From Ramazzottius varieornatus (Eukaryota; Animalia; Tardigrada): a stretch of 64,000 nt of DNA. The notes under the pieces are model-generated. The model made no database searches. It worked only from the letters and a program-made list of their open reading frames with translations, and was not told where the DNA came from. Location of the stretch: NCBI GenBank assembly GCA_001949185.1, contig BDGG01000002.1, positions 1,447,145 to 1,511,144 of the forward strand. Reading direction: 5' to 3'. Below, piece after piece: positions 25,624 through 37,388 of the stretch (position 1 is the first letter of the stretch; each line of letters begins with the position of its first letter). The position numbers were made by a program, and so were the translations under genes.

Positions 25624-27743
25624 TTAGTCAGAGGCAGCTGGAATTGACTGGGCAACTGAGGTAGCTTCTTCCGCTTCGTACAGGACGTCGCTCATCCTCT
25701 TCATGGCTCGTCGTTGGTCCGTCCATGGGAGTCTTTTCAGCTTGGCAAGCCATACTCGTACTACGAAAAGAGCAAACAGTGATGAACATGCGCAAGGAAC
25801 CGACCAACGTTTGGAAATTCGGCGAAAACCACCTTGTAGGTCTGATTCGTCCTCCATGATCGGTGGTGAAACCGGCGAATGTTTTGAAAGGCTGGGGTAA
25901 CTCTGAGAGTGACAGGAGGTCGACTTATGCTTGGCTGAGCTGTTCTTGGGCGTGGACCCGTGAGAGTAGTGGCTGAGGGTAGAAGATTCTGATTCGGGAA
26001 GTCCAAAAACTGGAACGGCTGAAAAGTCAACTTCCTCCTCTGCTTCCTGCTCTTCGTCGTCCTCATCTTCCGTATCTTCGTCCTTCTGTTTCCTCATTCT
26101 GCGAACCCAAGAAGGTACGTAGACTTCAGGCGCAAAGACTACTGAAGATAGAAACTTACATTTGGGGTGAATAGTAAGGGTGTAAGAACGCCATGTGCTT
26201 CCGTCCCCACCATGCCTTCTTCTTCCTTCCTTCTCTCTGCTCTTGAGCATCTCGTCGGAAGTTTCTCCGGACTTTGTCCCACTGTTTCTTGCAGAATGTT
26301 GCCTGGCTCTTCAGATCTGGAAAAAGGACGGAACGAATCAGCGACACATACAGGGAAGAGCGAAGAACGGGAAGTAAATATACTTCGGAAGAGTGACGCA
26401 TGACGACATATCTATTATCGTTTATGACAGCAATAGATAGATAGATTTATTGATCCTCGACAATCTAGTCGACGGCTTCCTCGATCGTCAGAGGATAACA
26501 AAACACAAAAATACAGTACTAACAGCTTTGGCAAGTGGAAGCGATCAAGACTCACTTCAGAGATTGACACATAGAGATTACAATCCGAGATCAGGCACCA
26601 GAAAGGAAGTAGAAAATTCGCACAACCATAGCAGGGAGAGCTAACTACCAAACAAGGAATGAGGGAGCGTTCTTTCCGCCTTCGTCCAGGTTCTCACCCG
26701 TCCATTTCCATGTCCGACTGGCTCCGTCGTTTCCAGTTTGATGCTCGAGCTGGTCCATGTGTGTGGTTGGGTTTTTGCTGTCCGTCGCGAGGGTCTTCTT
26801 CGCCGACTTGGGCTCGCCCTCCGAACCTGGTAGTACCGACGGGATGGTGATCCGCCTGGCTCGGCGGGTCCAGGTTCTGGTGGCTTTTCGGGGGCCACCC
26901 TTCTCCGCAGTTCCGGGGGGCAGTATCCCCGTTGTCCGTCACTATCCCGTCCACTGCCACGTCCACTGCCACGTCCACCGCTCCGTCCAGCGCCATGGCC
27001 GCCCCCACGACCACCACCGCGTCCGTCAGAGCGGCCATAAGCACCGCCACGCCCACCGTAGCCCCGACCTCGGTTTCTGTTTGAGTTACAGTGTTGAGGC
27101 GGTTGATTGCGGAGGCGACGGTGATCGAAGGGCTTGCGCGGTGGGCCGATCTACTCCAAGTTGATCTTCACATCCGATCGACCCGTACCGACGGGGCTGT
27201 TGGCTATCGCTGATGCATGGTAGGAGCTGGCTTGAGAGACGCGAAGGCTGGACGACTGGATGGCCGGAGCGCCAGGGCTGATGGATGGAACAGCTGGTTG
27301 GGTCGCTGCAGTGGCTAGTTGGTTCGCTGTCATCCCCTGTAGGATCAGCCACTCATCGGCCGTGAATCTCGGTTGAGCGAGAGTTCCCAGCAGAGGCGTA
27401 CCCGCTGAGGGACCGAGGGAAAAGCCAAGCGAGAAACCCATAGGAAACCCATAGGCAACGACATGACATGATACACCAATGTCACATTCGCGCATGACGT
27501 CATCTCTCATGATCTTTTGTGAGCTAATATGTGTTGTCGTGCAAGATCAAACCGCGCTACCCTGTGAAGCAACGCACCTGTAAAGTTATCGGCGAAGTAT
27601 TCATCGGCGAAGTATTCATAGAGTATGGGAAAGTCGCGCACTGTCTGAACAAGGGCCAGCTTAAAATCTGCTTCGCTTGACGTGAGCTCCTTCCGGTCCT
27701 TGTTCTCCGCAGCACTGGATGGAGCCATCTCTTGGTCAGACAT
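25624..27743 (-). CDS. MADF (Myb/SANT-like) domain protein with acidic and Ser-rich tail
   Basis: Exon 27743-27578 (LVQTVRDFPILY) joins in phase to the exon starting 26316 (CKKQWDKVRRNFRR...WWGRKHMAFL). The middle MADF helix appears to be missing. Confidence 0.6.
26434..27404 (-). other. Nested reading frame with RGG/GR-rich tract inside the MADF gene intron; one in-frame TAG at 27151-27153
   Basis: One frame runs 27404 to 26641 with a single internal TAG and encodes RGRGYGGRGGAYGRSDGRGGGRGGGHGAGRSGGRGSGRGSGR. It is followed by AATAAA(TCTA)3 at 26451-26434. Confidence 0.55.
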
Positions 27744-28276
27744 CTGTACTTGATCGGTGAACAACAACAGCAAGACCACAAACGGGAACGACCTACGTCC
27801 ACCGGAAGTTGGCGAATGAAAGACAAATCTCCGAAATTACCACGATGAACGACACAGTACGGCTTGCCATCGGTGGGTGAGAAGAGGAAGGACTTCTAAC
27901 GGCCATTGGGGTCCTCAAACAAGAATTTCAGACAGATTTGAGAATTTGTCTTTTTGAATTTTTCGAAATTTTCCTTTTGGTCATTCCGAAAAGTTTGCTC
28001 TGTTCATGGCACTCTGGATGGACATCGGCCAGCATCGCACCGGTTCACGTCTGGAAACTGCGCGGTACCATGATGTCAGTGCTATGTCAGATGACAATGG
28101 ATAACCTTGACTTTCTATTGTTCTGATCATTTTATTACGACCACTCTCTCTCTCTCTCTCGTCCAGTGATACTTAAAATTTGTGCCGCAGGCTACAAGCA
28201 CATCTCTTCACATGATCTGGCTCCGCATTTACTTGGCCGTACGTTTTCTTGGTTTTTCCGTAGGCACTGATCCATC

Positions 28277-31200
28277 ATGGCGACTTCCTGGATCTTCCTT
28301 TCCTGCCTCTACGCCATTTTGACCGTCAGCCATGGTGAGATGTTCATCGATACCGGCCATAAAGAACAAGCCAGCTCTCCTTCCTGCTCCGTGTCGGACG
28401 TGGATGGACTGTGTGACAATGCCAAGGTAGCCAGCTTGGAAGGCTTTCGGGAACGCAAATCGGAACAAGACATTATGACTACCAATCAAGGGATCAAGGT
28501 GGTCGATGATGACAACTCCGAGAAAGCCGGAGAACGGGGACCCACTCTAATGGAAGACTTCATCTTCGTAAGTCCAGCACTTTATATTCAATATCAGGAA
28601 CGTGCATACCCAATACCGTTCAGTGACTTCGTGATGTTGTATGCAGTTTCTTGTGAAAATCGTCCATTTCCAAACTTAAAGTTGTCAGCGTGTGGTGTTT
28701 TGCGTTATTTGATGGAAAATGCTTTAGTCCTTTTATAGAGGGAGAAAATGACGCATTTCGACCACGAAAGGATTCCGGAAAGAGTCGTCCACGCGCGCGG
28801 GTCCGCTGCACATGGATACTTCCAAGTGTACAAGTCGCTGGCCAACATCACTAAAGCCAACCTCTTCCAAGATCCGACGAAGAAGACCCCGGTCTTTGTG
28901 AGGTTTTCCACAGCTCAAGGCTTCCGCGGGAGTGCCGATACCGTCCGGGACGTGCGGGGCTTTGCCGTAAAACTGTACACTGACGAAGGGGTTTTCGACA
29001 TTGTGGGCAACAACATGCCGGTCTTCTTCATTCAAGATAGCCACAAGTTTCCTGACATTGTCCACGCACTCAAGGTAACCGAAATTAAAATGTGGTTTAA
29101 ATTATACGAAGATTTGCTCAGAAATGTTTCGCAAATATCTGTGTCAGTCGGGAAGCAGAATCTGTCAAAACTCAGACTACCTGCATACACAGAGCAGAGC
29201 ACTTATCACGATGTGCTTGTATGCAGGTGCCAGAAAGACTGGTTTTATGGCACGGGATGGCCACTCGGTCACGCAAATGCATACATCTTTGTTAGTAATT
29301 CGAGCGTCGCTTATTTGTGCAGCCCGAGCCACACAACGAGATTCCGCAAGCTTCGTCCGCTCACGATACTTTTTGGGACTTTGTCACGCAGCAAACGGAA
29401 ACCCAACACATGGTCATCTGGCTGATGTCGGACCGAGCTCTACCGCGAGCCTACGCCAACATGGAAGGTAATGTAAACGTTCCCTTCGGAACTCTCGGTC
29501 TTCCCTTACTGTTTTTGTGCTTCCTTAGCTCTTTCGAGCTTCACTATCTGTATGCAGTATTTTACCGAATTCATCTTAGGCTTTGGCGTCCATACTTTCC
29601 GGCTAGTTGACGCTAAAGGGATATCGCGGTTCGTGAAATTCCACTGGAAGCCCGTGCTGGGCGGTAAGACAATTTTATTTTCTAGTCAGAAGAAGGATTA
29701 TTTTGCAAGTATGTCTATGAAACGTTGCTTGCAGTTCATTCGTTGGTGTGGGACGAAGTACAGAAGATCGCCGGCAAGCATCCAGATTTCAACCGACAGC
29801 AGGTTCGTGGCGTTGTTGACTTTTACTAGATAAGCAATTTTCATTTTTCGTGTGGTTTTACAGTTGTACGATGACATCGAGAACGGCAAGTATCCCGAAT
29901 GGGAGCTGGGTCTGCAGGTGGTGGAGGAAGCAGACGAGCACAAGTTTGACTTTGACCTCCTCGACTCGACAAAGCTCATTCCGGAAGAACTGGTGCCCGT
30001 CCAGCGTGTGGGCAAGCTGGTCCTCAACCGCAACCCCGACAGCTACTTTGCCGAGGTGGAGCAAGTGGCCTTCCACTCCGCCAACATCGTGCCCGGCATC
30101 GACTTCACCAACGATCCTCTCCTGCAAGGCCGTCTCTTCTCCTACCTGGACACTCAGCTCTCGCGTCTCGGTGGCCCCAACTTCCACGAAATTCCCATCA
30201 ACCAGCCTACATGCCCCTTCAGGAAGAATAACCAACGCGATGGATTCCATCGTCAAACAATCAATGTTGGCCGTACATCGTACAGTAAGTTTCGAAAACG
30301 CCAAACACAACCACTCAACCACAACATGGAGAAATGGCAGCTCATCGAACAAACTCGACCACATTGTTGTACTGTACCAAGTGGCGCAAATCTGCGGTGT
30401 TATTGACTGAATGCGGGCGCCACTTGAAAAGACGATCCAGCAGAGTTGCTTCTTCCAAGCGGTGCAAGTTTTCCGTGCCATTAGCTGGAAGCGTGCGCCA
30501 CGTAAGGAAAAGACGTAGTCGAGTTTGTTTGCCGAATTTCCAAATATAGCAAAATGAAATAAAATACAGCGAGTGGAAATAGGGCGAATAACAGCTCTGG
30601 GAAACTGCAATAAAATGAAAAGGAACGAAAGGAATTTTTTTCCACAGGTGTTAATGGGATCAACAACAACCTACCACAGCCCGCTGCCCGTAACCGAGGT
30701 TTTGTCTCGATACAGGAGCGCGTCGACGGGCACAAGATCAGGAAGCGGAGTCCGTCCTTCGCTGACCATTTCAGCCAAGCGACGCTCTTTTGGAAGTCCA
30801 TGTCCACGCCTGAACAAGACCATATCGTCCAAGCCTACTCGTTCGAACTGAGCAAGGTCGGGCACGTCTTCATTCGTCAGCGACTGGTCGACCAGTTACA
30901 GAATGTCGACGCCACCCTGGCGCTTCGAGTCGCCACCAACCTGGGGCTGAAGCTGAGCGACAAAGCCGACAACGGCTTCCCGAAGACCGACGTCAAACCT
31001 TCACCGGCTTTGAGCCAAGCCTACACTGCAAAAGACAGTCTTCTTACCAGAAAGATCGCTGTACTGTGCGCGGATGGCGTCGATGGACAAGCTATTAGGG
31101 AGTTGAACGACACAACGACCAATGCTGGAGCTTATATGAAGATCGTCTCTTCGCGAATGGGAAGCCTGACCACGGTAAGCAACCCTTTGATCACTCAAAC

Positions 31201-31675
31201 AGTTCCTACCTTGTTCAAGAAAGTCTCGAATTTTTGTACCAAATGTGAACCTTTTTTACGGCTGAATTTTTCCCAACCGGTTTAAATTTGGTTGCAAATG
31301 TGGAACATTCCATAGGCTGATGGAACGGAGATTCCCATTGATGGTACTGTGCTGTCCCTGCCATCGGTGCTCTTCGACGCGGTCGTTGTTGCTGGTGGAG
31401 CGGATAGTATCAAGACCTTGCAGGAATCTGGTGACGCGCTGCATTACGTCCTGGAAGCCTATGTTCACTACAAGCCTTTGGCGGCAGTTGGGGAAGGCGT
31501 GCAGTTCCTGCAACACATTGGTATTCTATCCAAGACCAAGGAGGCTGCCCTGCCATCTGGAGTGTTGACCAGCGCGCAGAACCGCCTCTCAGAGGACTTC
31601 AAGGAACGGTTCTTGTCAGCTATCGCACAGCATCGCTTCTTCGATCGTCAAAGAGTCAGCGCAATACCTGCTTGA
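28277..31675 (+). CDS. Large-subunit (clade II, KatE/HPII-type) catalase with N-terminal signal peptide and C-terminal DJ-1/GATase-like domain; 8 exons
   Basis: [15 protein letters not shown] (catalytic His), VGNNMPVFF (Asn), [12 protein letters not shown] (proximal Tyr), C-terminal [12 protein letters not shown] and EAYVHYK. GT-AG introns begin at 28568, 29075, 29468, 29664, 29803, 30285 and 31175. Confidence 0.96.
30336..30541. repeat. Palindromic repeat family, two-unit copy in catalase intron 6
   Basis: Cores at 30379 and 30457 with 25-nt spacers; right arm GTCGAGTTTGTTTGCCGAATTTCC. Confidence 0.8.
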
Positions 31676-33084
31676 AGCCGAACGTGCCATTTTTTGTACT
31701 CTGTATAGTTCTTGACTTTTCAACGCTGAACCTTTTCTCAATGGGAAAAATCTCCTTGTTAAGAGGCTTTTTATCGACGTTTTTCTTGAAGAAGATATTC
31801 AACTGTCAAAAAATTTTCAATCTAAAGCTTATTGTGTGCGGATGGGCAGTAAGTAGGCGGGAGATGTTGAACTTGATCGTGCGGAGCTCAAACGCTCATC
31901 CATCACAATTATGGTCAGCACAATAAAAGCCGGCATGTGTCCATTGCAAGAACCGGTTGGCAAACCAGCTGTCACAACTGTCCATGCAGTCTGGCACAAT
32001 TAATATCTTCTTATAGCGACAGTTTGATGGTACAGCGTCAAGTGGTCAGCCTGATTTTGCTCTAGCCGACCGGCCAGCACGTTTCCACTTCCGACCGCCT
32101 AGTCCACCCGTGTACACAGTCCAAGCGCCATAGTGCAAAAGTTCATACTGAACGCTCAACAAACCATCATGAAAATGCAACAGGTTATCACTGGCCAACT
32201 CATAACTCAAGTATACCGAAGAGTGCGCAAGTACTTGGTGGCAGCTGTCACATAACACCGGGTACATTGTACTCTGTACTGTTTGTACAGCATTCGAATC
32301 GGGCCCAAAACCCACTGTATCTTTGCATTAATCCGGCTGATTGCGCGGCCTTATCATCTTATAACTGTAGCTGCACTCTGTTATTTGGCGAGGTGTTCGC
32401 AGTTAGGCAGGATATTGCGTATTACTAACCCGGTGTATAGCTATAGGCCTCTGATCGGTATGCAGTGCCCACCTTCAGGTTAAAGAGCCTAACTGTGTTT
32501 GATAGCTGTTAATCTAGATAATCATTGAGCTGAGTTTCGTGCTGGAAAAGATTCCGATCTAATTGAGCTTTATGCACTCCATTTGCTAGCGCGGCAATGT
32601 AGGTCGCATTTTTTGTCTTATTCAACAGGTTAACCATTTGTTGCACCAAAGCCGATCAAAGCCTATCAACGTTTTGAATGTTCTGAATATTCTTTCCGCC
32701 ATTTGGAACATGTAGAGCCTTACCCAGAAACCACAGAACTCGTATCGCTTTGAAGTTTGAGCGGAATATCGAGGCGGAATATTCACTGGCATTATGGCAC
32801 GGCTGGGTGGAGGAAACTGGATATTCCGGCCGTGGACCCCATTGTTATCTGCGTTATCAAGTGGACTAGTCAACAGACCTCAGTCGCATGCCTCCGTTAT
32901 CATTTTACTACTTTCCTGTGTAATTGGAGGCTGTCATGGCGCACAGCAGGCTTCTTTCACCGATGGAGATATTGCCGGTGCAGGTAAACCATTCCTTCAA
33001 TCAAACTCAACCGCGTTCTTCCTCGTGTGGCAAATTACAATATCAAACAATCAAAATTTTTTCGTGTTGTCATAAGCGACCCAG

Positions 33085-33270
33085 GTACGTAAACGCGCCC
33101 AAGACCGTTCTTCCCAAGTGGCGCACGGTTGCGGTACAATTGCTCGAAAGCGTGCGCCACTTGGAAAAATTGATTATGCCGGGTTTGCTTGTGTGCCGAA
33201 GTGGCGCACCTTTCAAGCCAGTACAATGTGAATGTGCGCCTCTTGGAATACAGTCTTGTCGAGTGACCCA
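33085..33270. repeat. Palindromic repeat family, two-unit copy upstream of the PDZ gene
   Basis: Cores at 33116 and 33199; the two spacers appear to be in opposite orientations. Confidence 0.85.
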
Positions 33271-33529
33271 AATTATCATTGTTGCTGGCTGTCTCAATAT
33301 TCTGTTAATAATATCTTGCTAATCTGCTTACAGTTATTGGGAGTGTTCTTTGTACACTGCTCCTCTGTTCCTTGATTGCTTTTGCTTTCTACTGGTTCTA
33401 CATTCGCAAGCGCGATGGACGGTTCGAGTTCGAAGGTACACCAAGGTTTTATTCTGTCATCTCCCTGTAAAATGTCGGTAACGGCACCGTTATGACTCCG
33501 GTACAGATGCAACAAAGCCAGGCTATAAA

Positions 33530-36387
33530 GTGGCTATGGCTCCTACGGCCAAAGTCATCCATCTGCAGCCCGACAATATACGAAAGAAGGAGCCAGCCGG
33601 CTATGGCTACCTCAACACCGGCTTCCGTTCCTCCGTTATCGACGACCGAGCCCTATTATGCGACGGTCGTCAAATCACCCGGACGGAACGTCATGATCCT
33701 GTCAAGAACTACGCAGGTACGGCCCAGTACATAAGTGGCGCACCCCTTCGAAATCCCATAAAACTCAGCCATGCGTAAGTATGCGTAGACGGACTTTACG
33801 AGATTTATCGTATTTGAGAGCGACAAAGATATTCGCCTTGAATTTCATCGAATTTATACCTTCGGGCGTCAAGAACCAATTCACGGCCCTGTTAAGCATC
33901 ATGGAGGCTCAAAGGGAGAATTTGAGCCAGATTGATTTAGCTAAGTAAACCGGTTGTTGGCAGTTGCGCTTTATGTTCCGTGCAAATTTACATTAAGACA
34001 TTTACTGGCCTTTGTATCCACTTCAGACTCATAGAAATATCCCTTGGCTAAGACGGCGTGTTGCTGTTTGTGTTTGTGGTTGGTGACAGACAACACACAC
34101 ATCATACACAGGTTGAACCAACGTCTGCCCCATCTGGATTGTGAGACCTAAGTTTCGCGTTGATCTCAAATATAGTTTGGTATGTGCGGTACTGTGGAAT
34201 TTACGTATAGGATGGGCGTGGATAAACAGGGTCCTTATGATTTTATACGAAGACGTGTCTGGACATTTTATTATCGGCATACTTGAGATTTCATAACGCG
34301 CGTGCAATCAAATAGCGAAGTAGATTTACGTTTCCCTATAAAGCATCTGACACCTCACAGTAAAATGTAGTCCTGTTAACCACTATGCATATAAAAAAAG
34401 AGTACGTCTGACGTCAGTCGTCAGAAGCGTTTTTGTAGTTCTTCCGGCTTTTTAGCATTGCCAAGCCGGCAAAAGTGCACCCAGACGCTCCTAACGAATT
34501 ACGCCAAGAGTACACTTTGAGTGGTAATTTTTTTTATGGGAAGTGCCGTCACGGTACTCAGGCTGACTGTACAAAAGGGACATATTTTTGAAAAAGGTTA
34601 TGTTGGTAACTTGGTATAAGTGCAGATGTGAATATTTCAGGCAGAAGAAGGTCTCGAGAGTTCGATGAGGCAACCGACAAGCTGAAGCGCCGTCGCTCAC
34701 GATCACACCAGAACTTACAGCGCCATCATCCCGGCATGCAGGTGCGTAAGCTGCGATAGCAACACACGCAGAGGAACCCACTTGTGATATTGATATTTTA
34801 CCTAACATGCTATGAGTTGTCTGTTGCGCAGGACGGACATGGCCAAGTAATCCGCGTCAAATTACGCGGCCATGACTTCACCGGCCTGGGATTCAATATT
34901 TGCGGCAACCTTCGCGATGGTATTTACGTCCAGAATGTCTTGCATAAAGGACCGGCTGCTGACTGTGGTCTCTTGGAATCAGGTAGACTTGGTCTTTGAC
35001 GGAAAACAGTACAAACCCTTTAGATCGATGATATCCCTCGACAGGTGATCGTATCGTCGATGTGCAAGTTTCCTTCAAGAACATTGTCTTCGAGGACGCT
35101 CTGACCATCCTCAGTTACGCCTCGCCCTACGATGTGACGCTCTACCTACAAAAAGAAGCAGACACAGGACGTCGGCCCAGGCAGACCAACTCGGATCAGA
35201 CCAATCGACGCAGCTGGCACTACGACATGAGCCAGACGACGCTGCCCAATGGCTTCTTGAAGCGAAGTCAGAGTAACGGCGATCTCGACCAGATCCACCG
35301 CACACGACGGCGCTCGTCTTCCGAGAGTTCCGCGCAGTCGCAGGAAGATTTCGAGGAACGACCGCGCTATGTCTACACCCGTCAGGCTGCGCCATCCCAA
35401 AACATCAACGAAGTCAAACAAGGACGGAAAAGTGTTCTCTCAGTGAAACATGCTGGATCGCTCAGGTGAAAGAATAATACAGCAATAGTCGAATTTTTTA
35501 CAAATGGCTATCTTGATCACCTTATCCTTTTCAGTTCTTTAAAGGAAAGAAGTTCGCCCACCTCTTCCATTCGCCACGTGATGATGGCGACACCTTCAGT
35601 CTCCGGCAACCGTAGCTTGGGTCCAGAGCCGACCAGCCACGCAACACGATCTCAAATTCCACCGACTAAGTCTGGTTCTGTCAAGAGCAGCCTTCACCAG
35701 ACCAGTAACGAAGTATCGGAGGAAACTGTCCTCTTCAGTCAGCTACAAGTCAAAGCAGCGCCGAGCAACAGCACTCGTACCAAGAAGGCGCCACCTGTGC
35801 CGTATCCAGCCTCCATCACTGTCAACAACCGCCCTTCACCTACACCGCGGCCTTTCAGCTCCATCAGTGAGACCAGTGGCTCTTCGGAACGCGAAGTAAC
35901 CCCGCTGCCCAATGACGATGAACAGCGAGAATCGTCCATGTTGGAGGATATTTATCGTCAGATGCATAGAGAAGGACAAGGGCCGACTGTTGTGCAGGAT
36001 GGCGCAAGAAGCTGGTCCTCGCCGGTTGACCGGAGTGCTGGGAGGAAGCCAGCCAGAGAGTATCAGACTTTCGAGATGGTGTGGACCGAAGGTTCGGAAT
36101 CGGACCGGTCTTCGATATACAACGATCGAAGTGCCGAAGTAGGTGATGCTGAAGCACAACGTACGTTGGGAATTAGACTTTGTAAAGAAGGTTTTTCTGC
36201 TATAGTTTAATCACGGAGCCAGTCGGGATCCGCATCAACGCTTGACAGGAAAGGATAGCGGTCTACCGTCTGACGATAGCCCCGCACCGGTAGTTAACCC
36301 CTATGCGCGATCCATCCCGGCTGTGTACTACCGCTCTCAACAGGATGCCGAAAAGGACAGCAAGACGTTCAAAAGTGGATACCCCTA
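33530..36387 (+). CDS. Single-PDZ protein (AHNAK/periaxin-like PDZ) with a disordered tail
   Basis: GLGFNICGNLRDGIYVQNVLHKGPAA..G|DRIVDVQVSFKNIVFEDALTILSYASPYDVTL. Exons 33530-33774, 34645-34741 and 34832-34982 join in phase. The 3' exons are less certain. Confidence 0.75.
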
Positions 36388-36582
36388 GGATGGCAATGAA
36401 GTTTCCGGCATCCATGTTGTTACAGGCCAAAGATTGTACACTTTTGCACTTTCTAGAACATGTGTGTTAAGAAACTTCTTCGCTTGAATTTTGAATAAGA
36501 ATAAATTTAGATTTCTGATACCTAGTGTACAGTCATCGCTTGGCACAATGCATTGGCGCTGTATCGATACTTTGCCCAATTA

Positions 36583-37323
36583 CAGCCCGTTCGGGCCACA
36601 GCGCTACCACTGGAAAAAAGCGCTTCAGAAAATCAAAAAAGATAGTTTCTCCTTGTTCCTCATGGTGTTTCATACAGCGTTTCAAGCCGATTCCATGAAA
36701 CCACAGGGCGTTCCAGTTTAGTGAAAGACAACCCGGCAAAAACTGAAAGTTTGACTTCCGGTGGGGAAGATTTTGTGCCACGGAGAAACAATTATCTCGC
36801 ATACCCCATTTCTCAGCAGCAGCTTCCAGCTTCAATTTGAAATGTGTAAAACTGTTTGATTCATCATAGAAAACCAAAAACAACGACAAAAAAGTCAAGC
36901 TGATTTACAAAATAAATTTGGAACTTGAAATTTGGCCGTTTTGCCGCGAAACCCCCTTCCACGTCAAAAACTATAACTTTTGATTCGGCCGGTACAATCT
37001 GCTTTTAAGCATGACGCAGATAGCCTTGTTCTTGTTTTATTTGTTCTTACTGTTAACAGCACAAAACAAGCAGACAACATCAAGAAAACAATTTTTGAAA
37101 ACTGCCTAAAAATCTGCGAAAGTTGTTGTCTTTTTTCGAGTGTCTTCCGATGCGACAAAAATAAGTCATACTGCCGTGTCTCGTACAATTCAGCAAATTT
37201 TGTTCTTGACTATGATAAGCCATTGTTTTTGCTATCTATGTATGCTGTTTTGGACGCGAAAACGTTTCGATGGAGAGAGCTATGATTTCCAGAAGGTGGT
37301 AGCGATGTGGCCTGAACGGGCTG
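36583..37323. mobile_element. 741-bp TA-flanked MITE between convergent genes
   Basis: TIRs CAGCCCGTTCGGGCCACAGCGCTACCAC and GTGGTAGCGATGTGGCCTGAACGGGCTG; TA at 36581-36582 and 37324-37325; AT-rich interior. Confidence 0.85.
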
Positions 37324-37388
37324 TAGTTACAGGAGAAAAACAAACAGCAAGAAAAGCCCGGAGAACACAGGACTGCATGGTAACTTTG

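Noticed and set aside
29858-30610. 250-aa minus-strand ORF and other ORFs overlapping catalase
   Set aside because: Antisense or alternate-frame shadows of a codon-biased exon.
28277-31675. Catalase as bacterial contamination
   Set aside because: It has seven GT-AG introns, a host repeat inside an intron, and is contiguous with animal genes.
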